The notes: generated by a model not told the origin, from the letters alone. A DNA stretch of 64,000 bases from Acidobacteriota bacterium (GCA_036507075.1 DASXQR010000228.1:1-64000); one strand, 5' to 3'. Numbered from the stretch's first letter, positions 9,613 through 19,495 are shown. A program made the numbers and translations.

Positions 9613-10524
9613 CTACCATCCCTTCACCTGTGCCAGGACGACCTGAGACAGAGCTTCGATGAATTCAGGTCGGTCATTGCAGGAAGCAACCCTGGCGAAT
9701 TGGAAGCCCAGGCCTTCAGCCTGACGGCGGTAGAGAATGTCACCGTCGTACAGGATCTCGACATGATCGGCCACAAACCCGATGGGATGAATGATCAGTT
9801 TCTCGAACCCTGCAGCCCGCAATCTGGGAATCTCTTCTCCGGCATCCGGACCGAGCCACTCCTCGCTGCTCTGAGCCCGGCTCTGATAGGCAAAGAAGGC
9901 CGCCTTGGGCTTTACAATTTCACACACGGCTGTGACAGTTGCCCGCAATTGTTCCGGGTATGGATCGCCCTCCGACAAGATCCGCTTTGGAAGGCTGTGC
10001 GCTGTGAACAGCACCGCCAGCTTGTCATCTCCTCCCATGGCGGCGATTGACTGTGCCAGGGATCCGGCGCATGCCCGTATGTAAGCCGGCTGAAGATGCC
10101 AGCTCTGCACAAACCGCAGAGCCATTTCCGGGTAAACGGCCTGGCGTGCCGTTTCTGTCTGCTTCATGTAAGCGCCAATGCTCATTGCAGAGAAGTGCGG
10201 CGCCATGCACAAAGCCACTGCCTTCTTAATTTCCGCTGCGGCAATCTCCTGAATCGCCTCTCGAATGTAGGGATGCCAATGCCGCATTCCCACAAAAGTT
10301 TTGTAGTTTTGTCTTTCCAGGTTCAGCCTCCGCTCCAGCGCCTTTGCCTGGCGGCGAGTGATCTCCAGCAGTGGAGACCTGCCTCCAATGAGGCGGTAAC
10401 GTTCCCGTACTTCGTCAAGAAACTCGCGCGAGACCGGTCTCCCGTGCCGGACATCGAGCAGGTAGGGCTCGACATCGTCCAAACTCAACGGCCCGCCGTA
10501 GGCGAGTAGCAACACCGCGATCAT
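9613..10524 (-). CDS. hemH: ferrochelatase (coproporphyrin ferrochelatase-like)
   Basis: LLAYGGP, GGRSPL, GMRHWHPYI, FTAHSLP, GFVADHVEILYD motifs. Confidence 0.95.
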   Translation of the reverse strand: MIAVLLLAYGGPLSLDDVEPYLLDVRHGRPVSREFLDEVRERYRLIGGRSPLLEITRRQAKALERRLNLERQNYKTFVGMRHWHPYIREAIQEIAAAEIKKAVALCMAPHFSAMSIGAYMKQTETARQAVYPEMALRFVQSWHLQPAYIRACAGSLAQSIAAMGGDDKLAVLFTAHSLPKRILSEGDPYPEQLRATVTAVCEIVKPKAAFFAYQSRAQSSEEWLGPDAGEEIPRLRAAGFEKLIIHPIGFVADHVEILYDGDILYRRQAEGLGFQFARVASCNDRPEFIEALSQVVLAQVKGW

Positions 10525-10541
10525 GTCTTAAAATCCCATCC

Positions 10542-10742
10542 AAAGTCTGAAAGTCGACAATCAGTCAGTCACTCAGTCTGTCAGTCTGTCAGTCCGTCAG
10601 TCCGTCAGTCCGTCAGTCTGTCAGTCCCTCCTGGTTTCAATTGGTAACTGATCGACCGACTGACTGACCGACTGATCGACTGATCGACTGACCGACTGAT
10701 TGATCAACTTTTGATTTTTGATTTTCAGCCTTTCGACTTTTG
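10542..10742. repeat. composite palindrome of (TCAG/TCAGTCYG)n and (CTGA)n arms with a unique core
   Basis: Core GGTTTCAATTGGTAACTGATC (10633-10653) recurs inverted at 11912-11932. Confidence 0.88.
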
Positions 10743-11756
10743 GCTATGGACCAATTCGACGATCGCCTGGACACTTTCCACCGGAGTGGCGGGCAGGATT
10801 CCATGTCCGAGATTGAAAATGTAGCCCGGCCCGGACCCAGCCTGCTGCAAGACCTTCTGCGCCTGTAACAACGCGCCCTGGAGCGGTCCAAGCAGGCACA
10901 CGGGGTCCAGGTTGCCCTGCACGGCACGGTCGCGCAGAATTCGTCTTGCACGCGCCAGATCTACGCGCCAGTCAAGCGAGATCACATCTCCACCGCAGTT
11001 GGAAAACTCCTCCAGATATCCGCCGATGCCGGTGGCAAAGTGGACAACAGGCACGCCGGCCGAAGCTACTTCCCTGAGCAGCGCTGACGAATGCGGTTGA
11101 ACAAATGTTCGAAAATCATCCGGCCCCAGAGTCCCCAGCCAACTGTCAAACACCTGCACTGCCGACGCCCCCGCTTCGATCTGGGCCCGCAAGAAGGCAG
11201 CCTGGTGCCGGACCAAAAAGTCCATCAGGCGATGCCAGGCGGGAGGGCTTTCGTACATGAACAACTTGGTGCGCTCAAAGCTGCGGCTTGCTCCGCCTTC
11301 GATCATGTAGCTGGCCAGCGTAAACGGCGCGCCGGCGAAACCAATCAGCGGCACTCTCCCGTTTAGCTCCCTCACCACCAGCCGGATCGTTTCCAATACC
11401 GCTGCCAGTTCCATCTGTGGATCGAACGATCTGAGGCGCTCCACGTCCTGCGCGGAAGCAACAGGATTGAAAATAACCGGCCCTTCTCCCTGCTGGAAAT
11501 CAAAATCAAGTCCCATGGGCTTAAGGGGCAGCAGCAGGTCGGCAAAGAGGATAGCGGCATCCAGGTCGAACCTGCGCAGCGGCTGCAGGGTAACCTGACA
11601 GGCCAGCTCGGGATGGGAACAGATTTCAAGAATGGTGTGGCTTTCACGGATCGCGCGGTACTCGGGCAGGTAGCGTCCTGCCTGCCGCATAAACCAAACC
11701 GGCACGCTTTCTGTGGCCTCACGCCGGCAGGCTCGCAAAAATCTGTCGTTGTCCAT
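10725..11756 (-). CDS. hemE: uroporphyrinogen decarboxylase
   Basis: PVWFMRQAGRYLPEY, GFAGAPFTLASYMIEG, QGNLDP, FNLGHGI signatures. Confidence 0.97.
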   Translation of the reverse strand: MDNDRFLRACRREATESVPVWFMRQAGRYLPEYRAIRESHTILEICSHPELACQVTLQPLRRFDLDAAILFADLLLPLKPMGLDFDFQQGEGPVIFNPVASAQDVERLRSFDPQMELAAVLETIRLVVRELNGRVPLIGFAGAPFTLASYMIEGGASRSFERTKLFMYESPPAWHRLMDFLVRHQAAFLRAQIEAGASAVQVFDSWLGTLGPDDFRTFVQPHSSALLREVASAGVPVVHFATGIGGYLEEFSNCGGDVISLDWRVDLARARRILRDRAVQGNLDPVCLLGPLQGALLQAQKVLQQAGSGPGYIFNLGHGILPATPVESVQAIVELVHSQKSKG

Positions 11757-12090
11757 TGTCCGTGGTCAGTAGTCCGTTGTCACTTCTTCGTGAATGTCGA
11801 AGGTCTGAGTCAAAAGTCGATCAGTCGATCAGTCGGTCAGTCTGTCAGTCGGTCAGTCTGTCTGTCAGTCGGTCAGTCAGTTGGTCACTCAGTTCAGTTG
11901 GTCAGTCAGTTGATCAGTTACCAATTGAAACCCGGGGGGGACTGACAGACTGACAGACTGACTGACTGAAAGACTGACTGACTGAAAGGCTGACAGACTG
12001 AAAGACTGACAGACTGACAGACTGAAAGACAGACTGACTGAAAGACTGACAGACTTAACCACTGACAACTGACCACGGACAACGGACCAT
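11748..12090. repeat. nested palindrome: outer (TTGTCCR)/(YGGACAA) arms, inner (TCAG)n/(CTGA)n arms
   Basis: Visible nested arrays; the hemE ATG lies within the outer arm. Confidence 0.88.
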
Positions 12091-12092
12091 CC

Positions 12093-13202
12093 CTAGAAAT
12101 TCGCTACCGCGCGGGTGAGCTTTTCGTGAATCCGGCGGACACGCTCCACCTGGCCCTTGGCGGGAAACCTTTCATAGAATCCTTCAGCACGGAATTCCTT
12201 TATCATTTCGCTCCAGGGTTGCAGCACCTCTTTGAAGATCTTTGGAGACGGATTCTGAAGATATCGATCCATCAGACGGTGCCTCTCAAGCAGATCGCCC
12301 AGAACCCGGATCAGGGCCTTGATTGTGACATCACGCGTAAAGATGTAGCGGTCATTTTTACCCCAGGCAGCTTCCATTACGTCGCTCACCGCCTTGAGAT
12401 AGTCGCGAATCAGACCATAAGATTTCTCCGCGTTTAATCGTAGCTCCATCTCGAAGAAGTCATGCTTCTCGACCAGCTTGTGCACCTCGTTAAACAGCTC
12501 TGACTGCAGCACCCACTTCTCCTGCCGGCTGCGGCCGCCGAGTCGGTTGATCTTGTAACGCAGGGGAGAATCAGCCTCTTCGTAGAGCAACTTGATGATT
12601 TTGGCGGCAAATTTCTTTTCCGGCGTCTCCCAACTGACGCGTTCATACAGGTCGACAAGGTGGGACTTGTTGATCTTGGTGTGGGTGGAGTTAATAATCA
12701 CGAACATCTCGGTCGCAAAGTCAGCGCTCTTTCCGTCAAACACCATGCACGGTACTTCGATCTGCTCCGTCTGCTCGGGGTAGCGCTGTTTGAAAAAATG
12801 CAATCCCGCCAGTCGGTGCTGCCCGTCGATGACAAGAAACTTTCCCGACGGATTACTCAATCTCCCCACGCCTTTGCTGCCGTCCAGGGGTTCAAAGCGC
12901 AATGTTTCATCAGTGAATAAGAGTATCGCGCCTGGAATGAGGGGCTGTGAAATCGCCGTCTCATAGAAATTCACGATCTGTTTTACCTTGCGACGCGTCA
13001 AAGCACGCTGGAATCCCTTTTCGCTGCGCTCAATGCCGGCGATAAAGCGGGCGACTTCGTCGTCGCCAGCGTCTTCCTCTTCAATCTTGTCGCCTTCAAA
13101 GTAGTACCTGCTGGTAAAGCTAACACGTTCCAGAAGATCCGTCGCCTTGTAGGAAATGAAGTAGAACACGCCTTCTTTCTGTCGAATTCTGGTCGCTAGC
13201 AT
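12093..13202 (-). CDS. DGQHR domain protein (DndB/ParB-Srx-like fold)
   Basis: FQR motif, VIDGQHRLAG, FVIINST; AAGGAGAG RBS before ATG 13202. Confidence 0.9.
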   Translation of the reverse strand: MLATRIRQKEGVFYFISYKATDLLERVSFTSRYYFEGDKIEEEDAGDDEVARFIAGIERSEKGFQRALTRRKVKQIVNFYETAISQPLIPGAILLFTDETLRFEPLDGSKGVGRLSNPSGKFLVIDGQHRLAGLHFFKQRYPEQTEQIEVPCMVFDGKSADFATEMFVIINSTHTKINKSHLVDLYERVSWETPEKKFAAKIIKLLYEEADSPLRYKINRLGGRSRQEKWVLQSELFNEVHKLVEKHDFFEMELRLNAEKSYGLIRDYLKAVSDVMEAAWGKNDRYIFTRDVTIKALIRVLGDLLERHRLMDRYLQNPSPKIFKEVLQPWSEMIKEFRAEGFYERFPAKGQVERVRRIHEKLTRAVANF

Positions 13203-13371
13203 TCTGGCTCTCCTTGTCGTTATATCCGCCGGCTGCAACATTAAACCACAAGGCGTCAGGTCTTCGAAATTCGGCTTTGGTATTTGCGTCCCGATGCGCT
13301 CAAAAACCGAATTCCGAAGACCGGATGCTTATGGTAGGCTCCGAACATCGCATTTTTTCAAGATAGTAAAT

Positions 13372-13551
13372 ATGCTTCCCAGGAAACCAGCAACGCTGGA
13401 GCAATTAATTGAGGTCCTCCGAAAATCAGGCTTTGAAGTTGAAGACGTCGCCACCTTCTTGAATGGAAACGCGGTCAAGAAGCCGCCGGCGCCGGCACCG
13501 CACCCGTCACTGGAAGCCGACGAGCGTCCCAAAAAGATGAAGAAACGCTGA
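13372..13551 (+). CDS. small hypothetical protein
   Basis: 59 aa ORF (MLPRKPATLEQLIEVLRKSGFEVEDV...) just upstream of the TMTC-like gene; weak RBS. Confidence 0.4.
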   Translation: MLPRKPATLEQLIEVLRKSGFEVEDVATFLNGNAVKKPPAPAPHPSLEADERPKKMKKR

Positions 13552-13572
13552 AACAATGGGCGGAGAAGCCAT

Positions 13573-15660
13573 GTGGGAAAGAAGAGCAGCAGGAAGCGCG
13601 ATAGAAGATCAATAGATCCGGGGGGGTCACAGGACGCTTCCGCCAAGGCCGCAGCGATGCGCGCTGGATCTCCAATGGCAAGCCGCGGCAAACCAGAGGC
13701 CGTAAGGAAGGCAAAGCATTCCCTGCCAAAGTTGCGAACTGTGTGGCATCCGTGGATCATCTTCGGTCTGGCGCTGCTGGCATACGCAAATACCGCAATT
13801 TGCGACCTGGTGTCCGACGACGTGGTGGCGATCCGGGGAAATCCCCTGGTCGCGCAGTTCGATGTGCGTCGGATCTTCAGCACTTCGATCTGGTACCCAA
13901 ATCCCAAGTTAAGCGACCTGTATCGCCCGCTGACAGTGCTTTCCTACGCGCTTAACTACGCGGCTGGCGGCTTTGATCCGCTCGGATATCACCTTGTGAA
14001 CATCGTGCTGCATGCGCTCAATTCGCTGCTGGTCTTCCTGCTGCTGAAACGCCTGCTGGAATACCATTATGCCCTTGCGGCCGCGCTGATTTTTGCGCTC
14101 CACCCTCTTCACACGGAAGCGGTGGCATGGGTGACAGGACGCGCCGAACTGCTGGCTTGTTTCTTCATGCTTTTGGCCTGGCTTGCAAGTTTGCCGGGCG
14201 AATCCGGGGAGCCAGGCTGGCGGCGCGCGGTGATTTCCTCTCTGTTTTTTCTGCTGGCGCTGCTTTCCAAGGAAAGCGCGCTGGTTTTGATACCCGTCAT
14301 CTGGTGTTTTCGACTTGTGGCGTCTCAAAGAGAGCGAGGTTCAACCTCGAGGTTCGCAGCCGGCTGGCGTGATCTGTTTCGCGCGCGGGATGCGGGGTTT
14401 GTAGCGGCAGCAGCGGCGATGCTGGCGATGCGCAGGGTGATGCTCGGTCAGATCGGCCCCAAGACGGCCGATACTGTGCCCTTTGTGGAGAACCCTCTGG
14501 TGTTCGCGCAGCCCTGGAATCGTCTGCTTACTTCCATAAAATTGCTGGTGCTCTATCTGTGGAAGATGATCTGGCCTGCGCGGCTTTCCGCCGATTACTC
14601 TTACAATCAGATCCCCGCGTTTTATGCCGCCGATTTCTGGTTTTGGGTCGCGTTGGTATTGATGGGACTGTGCTTCTTGCTCTTCCTTCGCAGTGGGTTT
14701 TCTTCCTGGATTTCGGGCGGCCTGATGGCGACGCTGGCTGCGTTTACGATGACGTCCAACATTCTCTTTCCTACCGGGACCATGTTTGCGGAAAGGCTGG
14801 CTTACTTTCCACTGCTTGGGTTCTCCGTGGCACTGGCCGCCGTGCTTTACCATCCGCGGGTGGCGGAAATACTGCCTGCAGCCGGGACTACAGTGCTGTA
14901 TGCAGTGCTGGCGCTGTTCTTTGTGCGGACCGTGCTGCGGAACCCTGATTGGGCGAGCTCCCGCACTCTGTATCTGTCTATGCCCCGAACGTCACCCCAA
15001 AGCGCAAAGGCCCATGCGCTGGCAGGTGTGGAGGAATCCGACCGCAACCCTGCGAGCGCCCGCGCGCACTTTCAGGAGGCGCTTCGGATTTATCCGAAAT
15101 ACGAGCAGGCCAGGCTGGGACTGGCGCAGGCAGACATCAACATGAAAAACTATTCTGCTGCGGAAAAGACGCTGCGGGACGTTTTGAAACAGAATCCCAG
15201 TTCCATCGAAGCGCTGCAGGCACTCGTGTTTTCTTACCGTGCTGCGGGGAAATACCTGCAGGCGCTCGAAGTCTCCGATCAAATTTTGGCTCGGCAAAAA
15301 GACAACGGGTTTGTACTGGCGCAACGCGCCATGGCTTTGGAAGGATTGAAGCGCAACAGCGAAGCGATCGAGGCATACCAGTCGGCAATCGCCTCAGGCG
15401 CCGACAGCACCGAAGTACGCAACCGCCTCGGCACGCTGTACCTTCAGGCAGGGCAGGTGCAGCCGGCGCTGAAGGAATTTCTGGCCGCGGCGCAACTCGA
15501 ACCTGCAGATCCTCTGACGTATTTCAATCTGGCGAGCGCTTACCACCAACTCGGCGATCGCGCGCAGGAAAAGCAAGCCTATGTGAATTTCCTGCAGTAC
15601 TGGAAAGGAGACCCGAAAATCTCCGCTACCATCCGTGCCCGTCTGAACGCCCTGCAATAA
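13573..15660 (+). CDS. TMTC-like GT-C membrane glycosyltransferase with DUF1736 and C-terminal TPRs
   Basis: SDD, LYRPL, HPLHTEAVAW..GRAELL, SKESA, LSADYS, AERLAYFP, RN.DW, then TPR repeats. Confidence 0.88.
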   Translation: MGKKSSRKRDRRSIDPGGSQDASAKAAAMRAGSPMASRGKPEAVRKAKHSLPKLRTVWHPWIIFGLALLAYANTAICDLVSDDVVAIRGNPLVAQFDVRRIFSTSIWYPNPKLSDLYRPLTVLSYALNYAAGGFDPLGYHLVNIVLHALNSLLVFLLLKRLLEYHYALAAALIFALHPLHTEAVAWVTGRAELLACFFMLLAWLASLPGESGEPGWRRAVISSLFFLLALLSKESALVLIPVIWCFRLVASQRERGSTSRFAAGWRDLFRARDAGFVAAAAAMLAMRRVMLGQIGPKTADTVPFVENPLVFAQPWNRLLTSIKLLVLYLWKMIWPARLSADYSYNQIPAFYAADFWFWVALVLMGLCFLLFLRSGFSSWISGGLMATLAAFTMTSNILFPTGTMFAERLAYFPLLGFSVALAAVLYHPRVAEILPAAGTTVLYAVLALFFVRTVLRNPDWASSRTLYLSMPRTSPQSAKAHALAGVEESDRNPASARAHFQEALRIYPKYEQARLGLAQADINMKNYSAAEKTLRDVLKQNPSSIEALQALVFSYRAAGKYLQALEVSDQILARQKDNGFVLAQRAMALEGLKRNSEAIEAYQSAIASGADSTEVRNRLGTLYLQAGQVQPALKEFLAAAQLEPADPLTYFNLASAYHQLGDRAQEKQAYVNFLQYWKGDPKISATIRARLNALQ

Positions 15661-15696
15661 GCGGCCGCAGGTCGATGTCTGGGCAAATTCGAGATT

Positions 15697-15829
15697 GCCA
15701 CGAAGGCACGAAGCCACGAAGAATCTAAACTGACCTAAAAGTGTCACTTCTCGGAAGACTATCGAGACTTTCGAGAAGTGTCCCCTTCGAGATGAATACC
15801 CAAGCTTCGTGTCTTCGTGGCTTCGTGGC
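15697..15829. repeat. MITE-like palindrome (CACGAAG arms, AAGTGTCACTTCT core)
   Basis: 26 nt at 15731-15756 are identical in reverse complement to 28835-28860. Confidence 0.88.
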
Positions 15830-15906
15830 GAGGTTTGGATCCGGTGTGATTCCTGCCGCAGTGACCGAACATCCAAAATCAGTTATAGTAGCGCCTGCTT
15901 AAACGA

Positions 15907-17643
15907 ATGCCTTTCAAAAGACGAACTCTCCTGTTGGCTCTGGCCGCCTCGATCCTGGCAGGATGCGGAAAGCCCGCCACATCACTGGAAAAAAGCCCCG
16001 ATAAGTATCCGGTTTCACCCGATGCTCTGAAAGTCCCGGCGCAGGGAAAATTCGGGGGCAGGATCGTGTTGCCGCTGCTGCGGCCGCCGCGAACTTTCAA
16101 TCCTCTGGCCGCCATCGATATCGACACGCGCGAAGTCACCGGCCTGCTGCACGCCGGCTTGCTGGAGTTCGATCATGCATCGCTCAAGATCACACCCGGC
16201 CTTGCAGCCGCGTGGAAGGTTGAGGACAGCGGCAAGACCTATCTGCTTCAATTGCGAAAAGGAGTTTACTTTTCCGATGAAAGGCCTTTCGGCGCCGACG
16301 ACGTGATTGCCACCCTGGATGCAATCTACGCCGATAACTCAAACAATGCCCTCCGCGATGACTGGATCCTGCATGACCGAAAGATAAAGTACCGCAAGAT
16401 TTCTCAGGACAGCGTTGAGCTTGCTTTCCCGTTCGTGTACGCGCCGGCCCTGTACCTGATTTCCACGCTTCCTATACTCCCGAAGCATCTTCTTGAATTG
16501 CGCGGCGGCGCGCCGGTGGAATCCATCATGACTCTCGAGTCCAGCCCCGAGCAGTGTGCCGGTCTTGGTCCTTATCGACTCAAAGACTTCAAAAACAAGG
16601 AAACCGTCGTGTTGGAGCCCAATCCCCACTACTGGAAAGTGGATCTTTCCGGACGGCGGCTGCCTTACTTGAGCGAGCTGCTGCTGCCGGTAGTCAGCAG
16701 TAAAGATTCTGCCTTTATACAGTTTCGCTCCGGTTCTGTGGACATGGTGGATCGACTGCGCGTTCAGGATTATTCGGCGCTGGTGGGAAAGCCCGTGAAA
16801 GATCTGGAGGTCCGAAACGCGGGAGCGTCAACCAAGCTGGATATGCTCTGGGTGAATCAGAATTCACAATTCAGATCGCCTAAGGCCGCGTACTTCAAGA
16901 ATCCGAATTTCCGCCAGGCTCTGGCCCGGGCGATCGATCGACAGGCGATCATACGTAATGTCTACAAAGGATACGCGGAAATCTTGTCAGAGCTTTGGCC
17001 GACCTCGCTGCGCGATTGGGCAAGCGATCGGCCGCCTTATCCTTACGATCAAAAGCAGGCATTGGAGCTGTTCGCCAAGGCCGGCCTCAGGCTGGTTGAA
17101 AACAACGGAGCGCGACGAATGGTGGATTCCGCCGGGAACCAATTTTCCCTGCTGCTGTTGACCAATGTTGACCCTGCCAAGGAAGCAATAGCCACGCTTC
17201 TCCAGGAGGATTTTCGGCGCGTCGGCATCAGACTTCAGATCAACGTCAGCGATATGCGAGCGGTCCAGGACCGCTTCCTCACCAAGCGGGATTACGAAAT
17301 GATGCTTTTCAGCAGTGCCTTTCCGGCGGACCCTTCCCAGATCCAGGGTGTGCTCAAATCCCGCGGCCAGCAGCACATGTGGAATCCGGCCCAGTCAAGT
17401 CCTGCCACGCCCTGGGAAGCCGAAATTGACAGGCTGACTGATGAGATGTTGTCGTCGCCGGATTCCAAGACCTATCGCGGGCGTTTTTTGAAAATCCAGC
17501 AGATCCTGATGGAGCAACTGCCCGTCATTCCGCTCGTCTCCGAGCATGTTCTGGTGGGGTTTCGAAAGAACGTGGTCAACGTAAAGCCGAGCGTGCTGCC
17601 GTCCCACCTGCTGTGGAATGCGTGGGAAATTTACACCAACTGA
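15907..17643 (+). CDS. ABC transporter substrate-binding lipoprotein (OppA/DppA family 5)
   Basis: Lipobox LAGC, TFNPL, PGLA..W, LRKGVYFSD, GPYRL, FRQALARAIDR. Confidence 0.92.
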   Translation: MPFKRRTLLLALAASILAGCGKPATSLEKSPDKYPVSPDALKVPAQGKFGGRIVLPLLRPPRTFNPLAAIDIDTREVTGLLHAGLLEFDHASLKITPGLAAAWKVEDSGKTYLLQLRKGVYFSDERPFGADDVIATLDAIYADNSNNALRDDWILHDRKIKYRKISQDSVELAFPFVYAPALYLISTLPILPKHLLELRGGAPVESIMTLESSPEQCAGLGPYRLKDFKNKETVVLEPNPHYWKVDLSGRRLPYLSELLLPVVSSKDSAFIQFRSGSVDMVDRLRVQDYSALVGKPVKDLEVRNAGASTKLDMLWVNQNSQFRSPKAAYFKNPNFRQALARAIDRQAIIRNVYKGYAEILSELWPTSLRDWASDRPPYPYDQKQALELFAKAGLRLVENNGARRMVDSAGNQFSLLLLTNVDPAKEAIATLLQEDFRRVGIRLQINVSDMRAVQDRFLTKRDYEMMLFSSAFPADPSQIQGVLKSRGQQHMWNPAQSSPATPWEAEIDRLTDEMLSSPDSKTYRGRFLKIQQILMEQLPVIPLVSEHVLVGFRKNVVNVKPSVLPSHLLWNAWEIYTN

Positions 17644-18578
17644 TGCCGACTCTGATCTCTCTTCGAATCGCCAGAGCTCTTCTCCTTCTGTTCCTTCTAT
17701 CGGTAGCTGTCTTTTCGTTGAGCCGCGCCATGCCGGGCGATATCTGGACGGAACTGCAGATGGAACCCGGAGTGTCGGCCGAGAGACTTCAAGCTCTCCG
17801 AAGAAGTTACCAGCTCGACCGATCCCTGCCCGCCCAATATGCCGGCTGGCTGAGTCACGTCATTCGCGGTGACTTCGGTTATTCGCCAGTGGAGAGACGT
17901 CCCGTCGCGCCGCTGGTTTCCGCACACCTGTCCCGCACCCTGGGGCTGGCAGTCTTCACGATGACGCTCACCATCACGCTCAGCCTGTTGCTTTCAATCG
18001 CCTTTGCTCCCCGCAAGGGACAGAAGCGGTTGCTTGATGCGGCCTTTCTGCCTCTCGTGCTTTCTGTTCCGCCCGTCCTTACCTCTCTTCTGGTGCGCTG
18101 GATCAAGCTCAATGTCAGCCCCGTTCGTCATTACGAAGTGGACAGCATGTTCTGGCAGCTTGAGAGCTACTTCTGGCCGTCGCTCGCCCTGGCTGTCCCT
18201 CTGGCAGCATACATGGCGAAGCAGCTCCGGCGGGAAATCCGCGGAATACTAGGTCTTCAGTATTACATTACAGCAGAGTCCAAAGGTTTGCAAAAAAGTG
18301 GCTTATCGGTTCACCTGCTGCGACCACTTCTTCCGGTTCTTTTGAATCTCTCGAGTGTACTATTCTCTTCGTTGATCGCGGGCGCCGTGGTAGCTGAAGC
18401 AGTTTTTGACTTCCGCGGGATCGGCATCCTGGCATTGGAGGCCGTCCTCAACCGCGACACTTTCCTGCTCATGGCAGCGTTGCTGGCTGGATGTGGTCTG
18501 GTCATCGCGGTCAATCTCGTCACGGACCTGCTGGTGGTCTGGGCGGATCCCCGCTTAAGGAAATCGACAGTCCCGTGA
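17643..18578 (+). CDS. peptide ABC transporter permease (OppB/DppB-like)
   Basis: MPGD, LDRSLPAQY, GDFGYS, EAVF...GIG, DPR; ATG overlaps the upstream TGA. Confidence 0.88.
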   Translation: MPTLISLRIARALLLLFLLSVAVFSLSRAMPGDIWTELQMEPGVSAERLQALRRSYQLDRSLPAQYAGWLSHVIRGDFGYSPVERRPVAPLVSAHLSRTLGLAVFTMTLTITLSLLLSIAFAPRKGQKRLLDAAFLPLVLSVPPVLTSLLVRWIKLNVSPVRHYEVDSMFWQLESYFWPSLALAVPLAAYMAKQLRREIRGILGLQYYITAESKGLQKSGLSVHLLRPLLPVLLNLSSVLFSSLIAGAVVAEAVFDFRGIGILALEAVLNRDTFLLMAALLAGCGLVIAVNLVTDLLVVWADPRLRKSTVP

Positions 18579-19465
18579 GATCGGCACTCGCTGTCCTGGC
18601 GATCCTTTACCTGCTGGCCATTGCATCACCTTTCATCAGTCCTTACCCTCCCCACTATCAGAACCGCGAAAATGCCTTGAAGCCCCCACTCTATCGGTCC
18701 GAGCCGGCCAGCCGGATTCGCTTCTATTCACTCGGCGTTGACGGCCACCGGCATCTGTTTGGCGTAAATTCCGGAGTTTTTTATCTGCTCGGGAGTGACA
18801 GCTTCGGCCGTGACTTGTTCTCGAGAATCTGTTTTGGCGCCCGCATATCGCTGACGATCGGCCTTCTGGGTGCGCTTTTGACTCTGCTGATGGGCACGGC
18901 AGTCGGTTTACTGGCAGCTTCCTATGGAAAATGGCTCGATGCGATGTGCGTCGAAGCGATCAACTTTGTTCTTTCGCTTCCCAGCCTTTTGGTGGTGCTG
19001 GCCCTGCGCGCCCTTTTTCCGCTGGATGCCGGCGCAACGCTGGTTTATCTGGTAATGGTGTTGATTCTCGCCCTGGTGGCCTGGCCCGACATTGCCAGGG
19101 TAATCCGGTCCAAGATTCTGGTGATGAAATCCGAGGATTTCACGCAGGCAGCCGTTGCCATCGGAGTCCCCACCGGGCGGCTGGTCTTGCGGCACTTTCT
19201 ACCGGCGCTGGTTCCCTATTGGCTAGTGCAGGCCACGCTGCTGATTCCTTCCTTTCTGCTGAACGAAGTCACGCTCTCATTCCTGGGAGCGGGAATTCAA
19301 GAACCCGACGCGAGTTGGGGCAATATCCTGCGCCAGGGACTTTCCGTGACTGTGCTGTCGGGAAGTCCCTGGATTTTGCTCCCCGGACTTTTCATCATCG
19401 CAACTGTGGTAAGTTTCAGCGCCATCGGAGAGCATTTGAGTCGCCGTCTGGAGCCGGGGAATTAG
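18575..19465 (+). CDS. peptide ABC transporter permease (OppC/DppC-like)
   Basis: LGSDSFGRDLFSR..GARISL, ARVIRS, LSFLGAG..EP.ASWG; GTGA overlap. Confidence 0.9.
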   Translation: MRSALAVLAILYLLAIASPFISPYPPHYQNRENALKPPLYRSEPASRIRFYSLGVDGHRHLFGVNSGVFYLLGSDSFGRDLFSRICFGARISLTIGLLGALLTLLMGTAVGLLAASYGKWLDAMCVEAINFVLSLPSLLVVLALRALFPLDAGATLVYLVMVLILALVAWPDIARVIRSKILVMKSEDFTQAAVAIGVPTGRLVLRHFLPALVPYWLVQATLLIPSFLLNEVTLSFLGAGIQEPDASWGNILRQGLSVTVLSGSPWILLPGLFIIATVVSFSAIGEHLSRRLEPGN

Positions 19466-19495
19466 CACCTGGTTATATTCGAGCAGAAACTTTTT

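Noticed and set aside
12093..13202. DNA phosphorothioation (dnd) defence system
   Set aside because: Only a DGQHR gene is present; no dndACDE, ssp or pbe genes.
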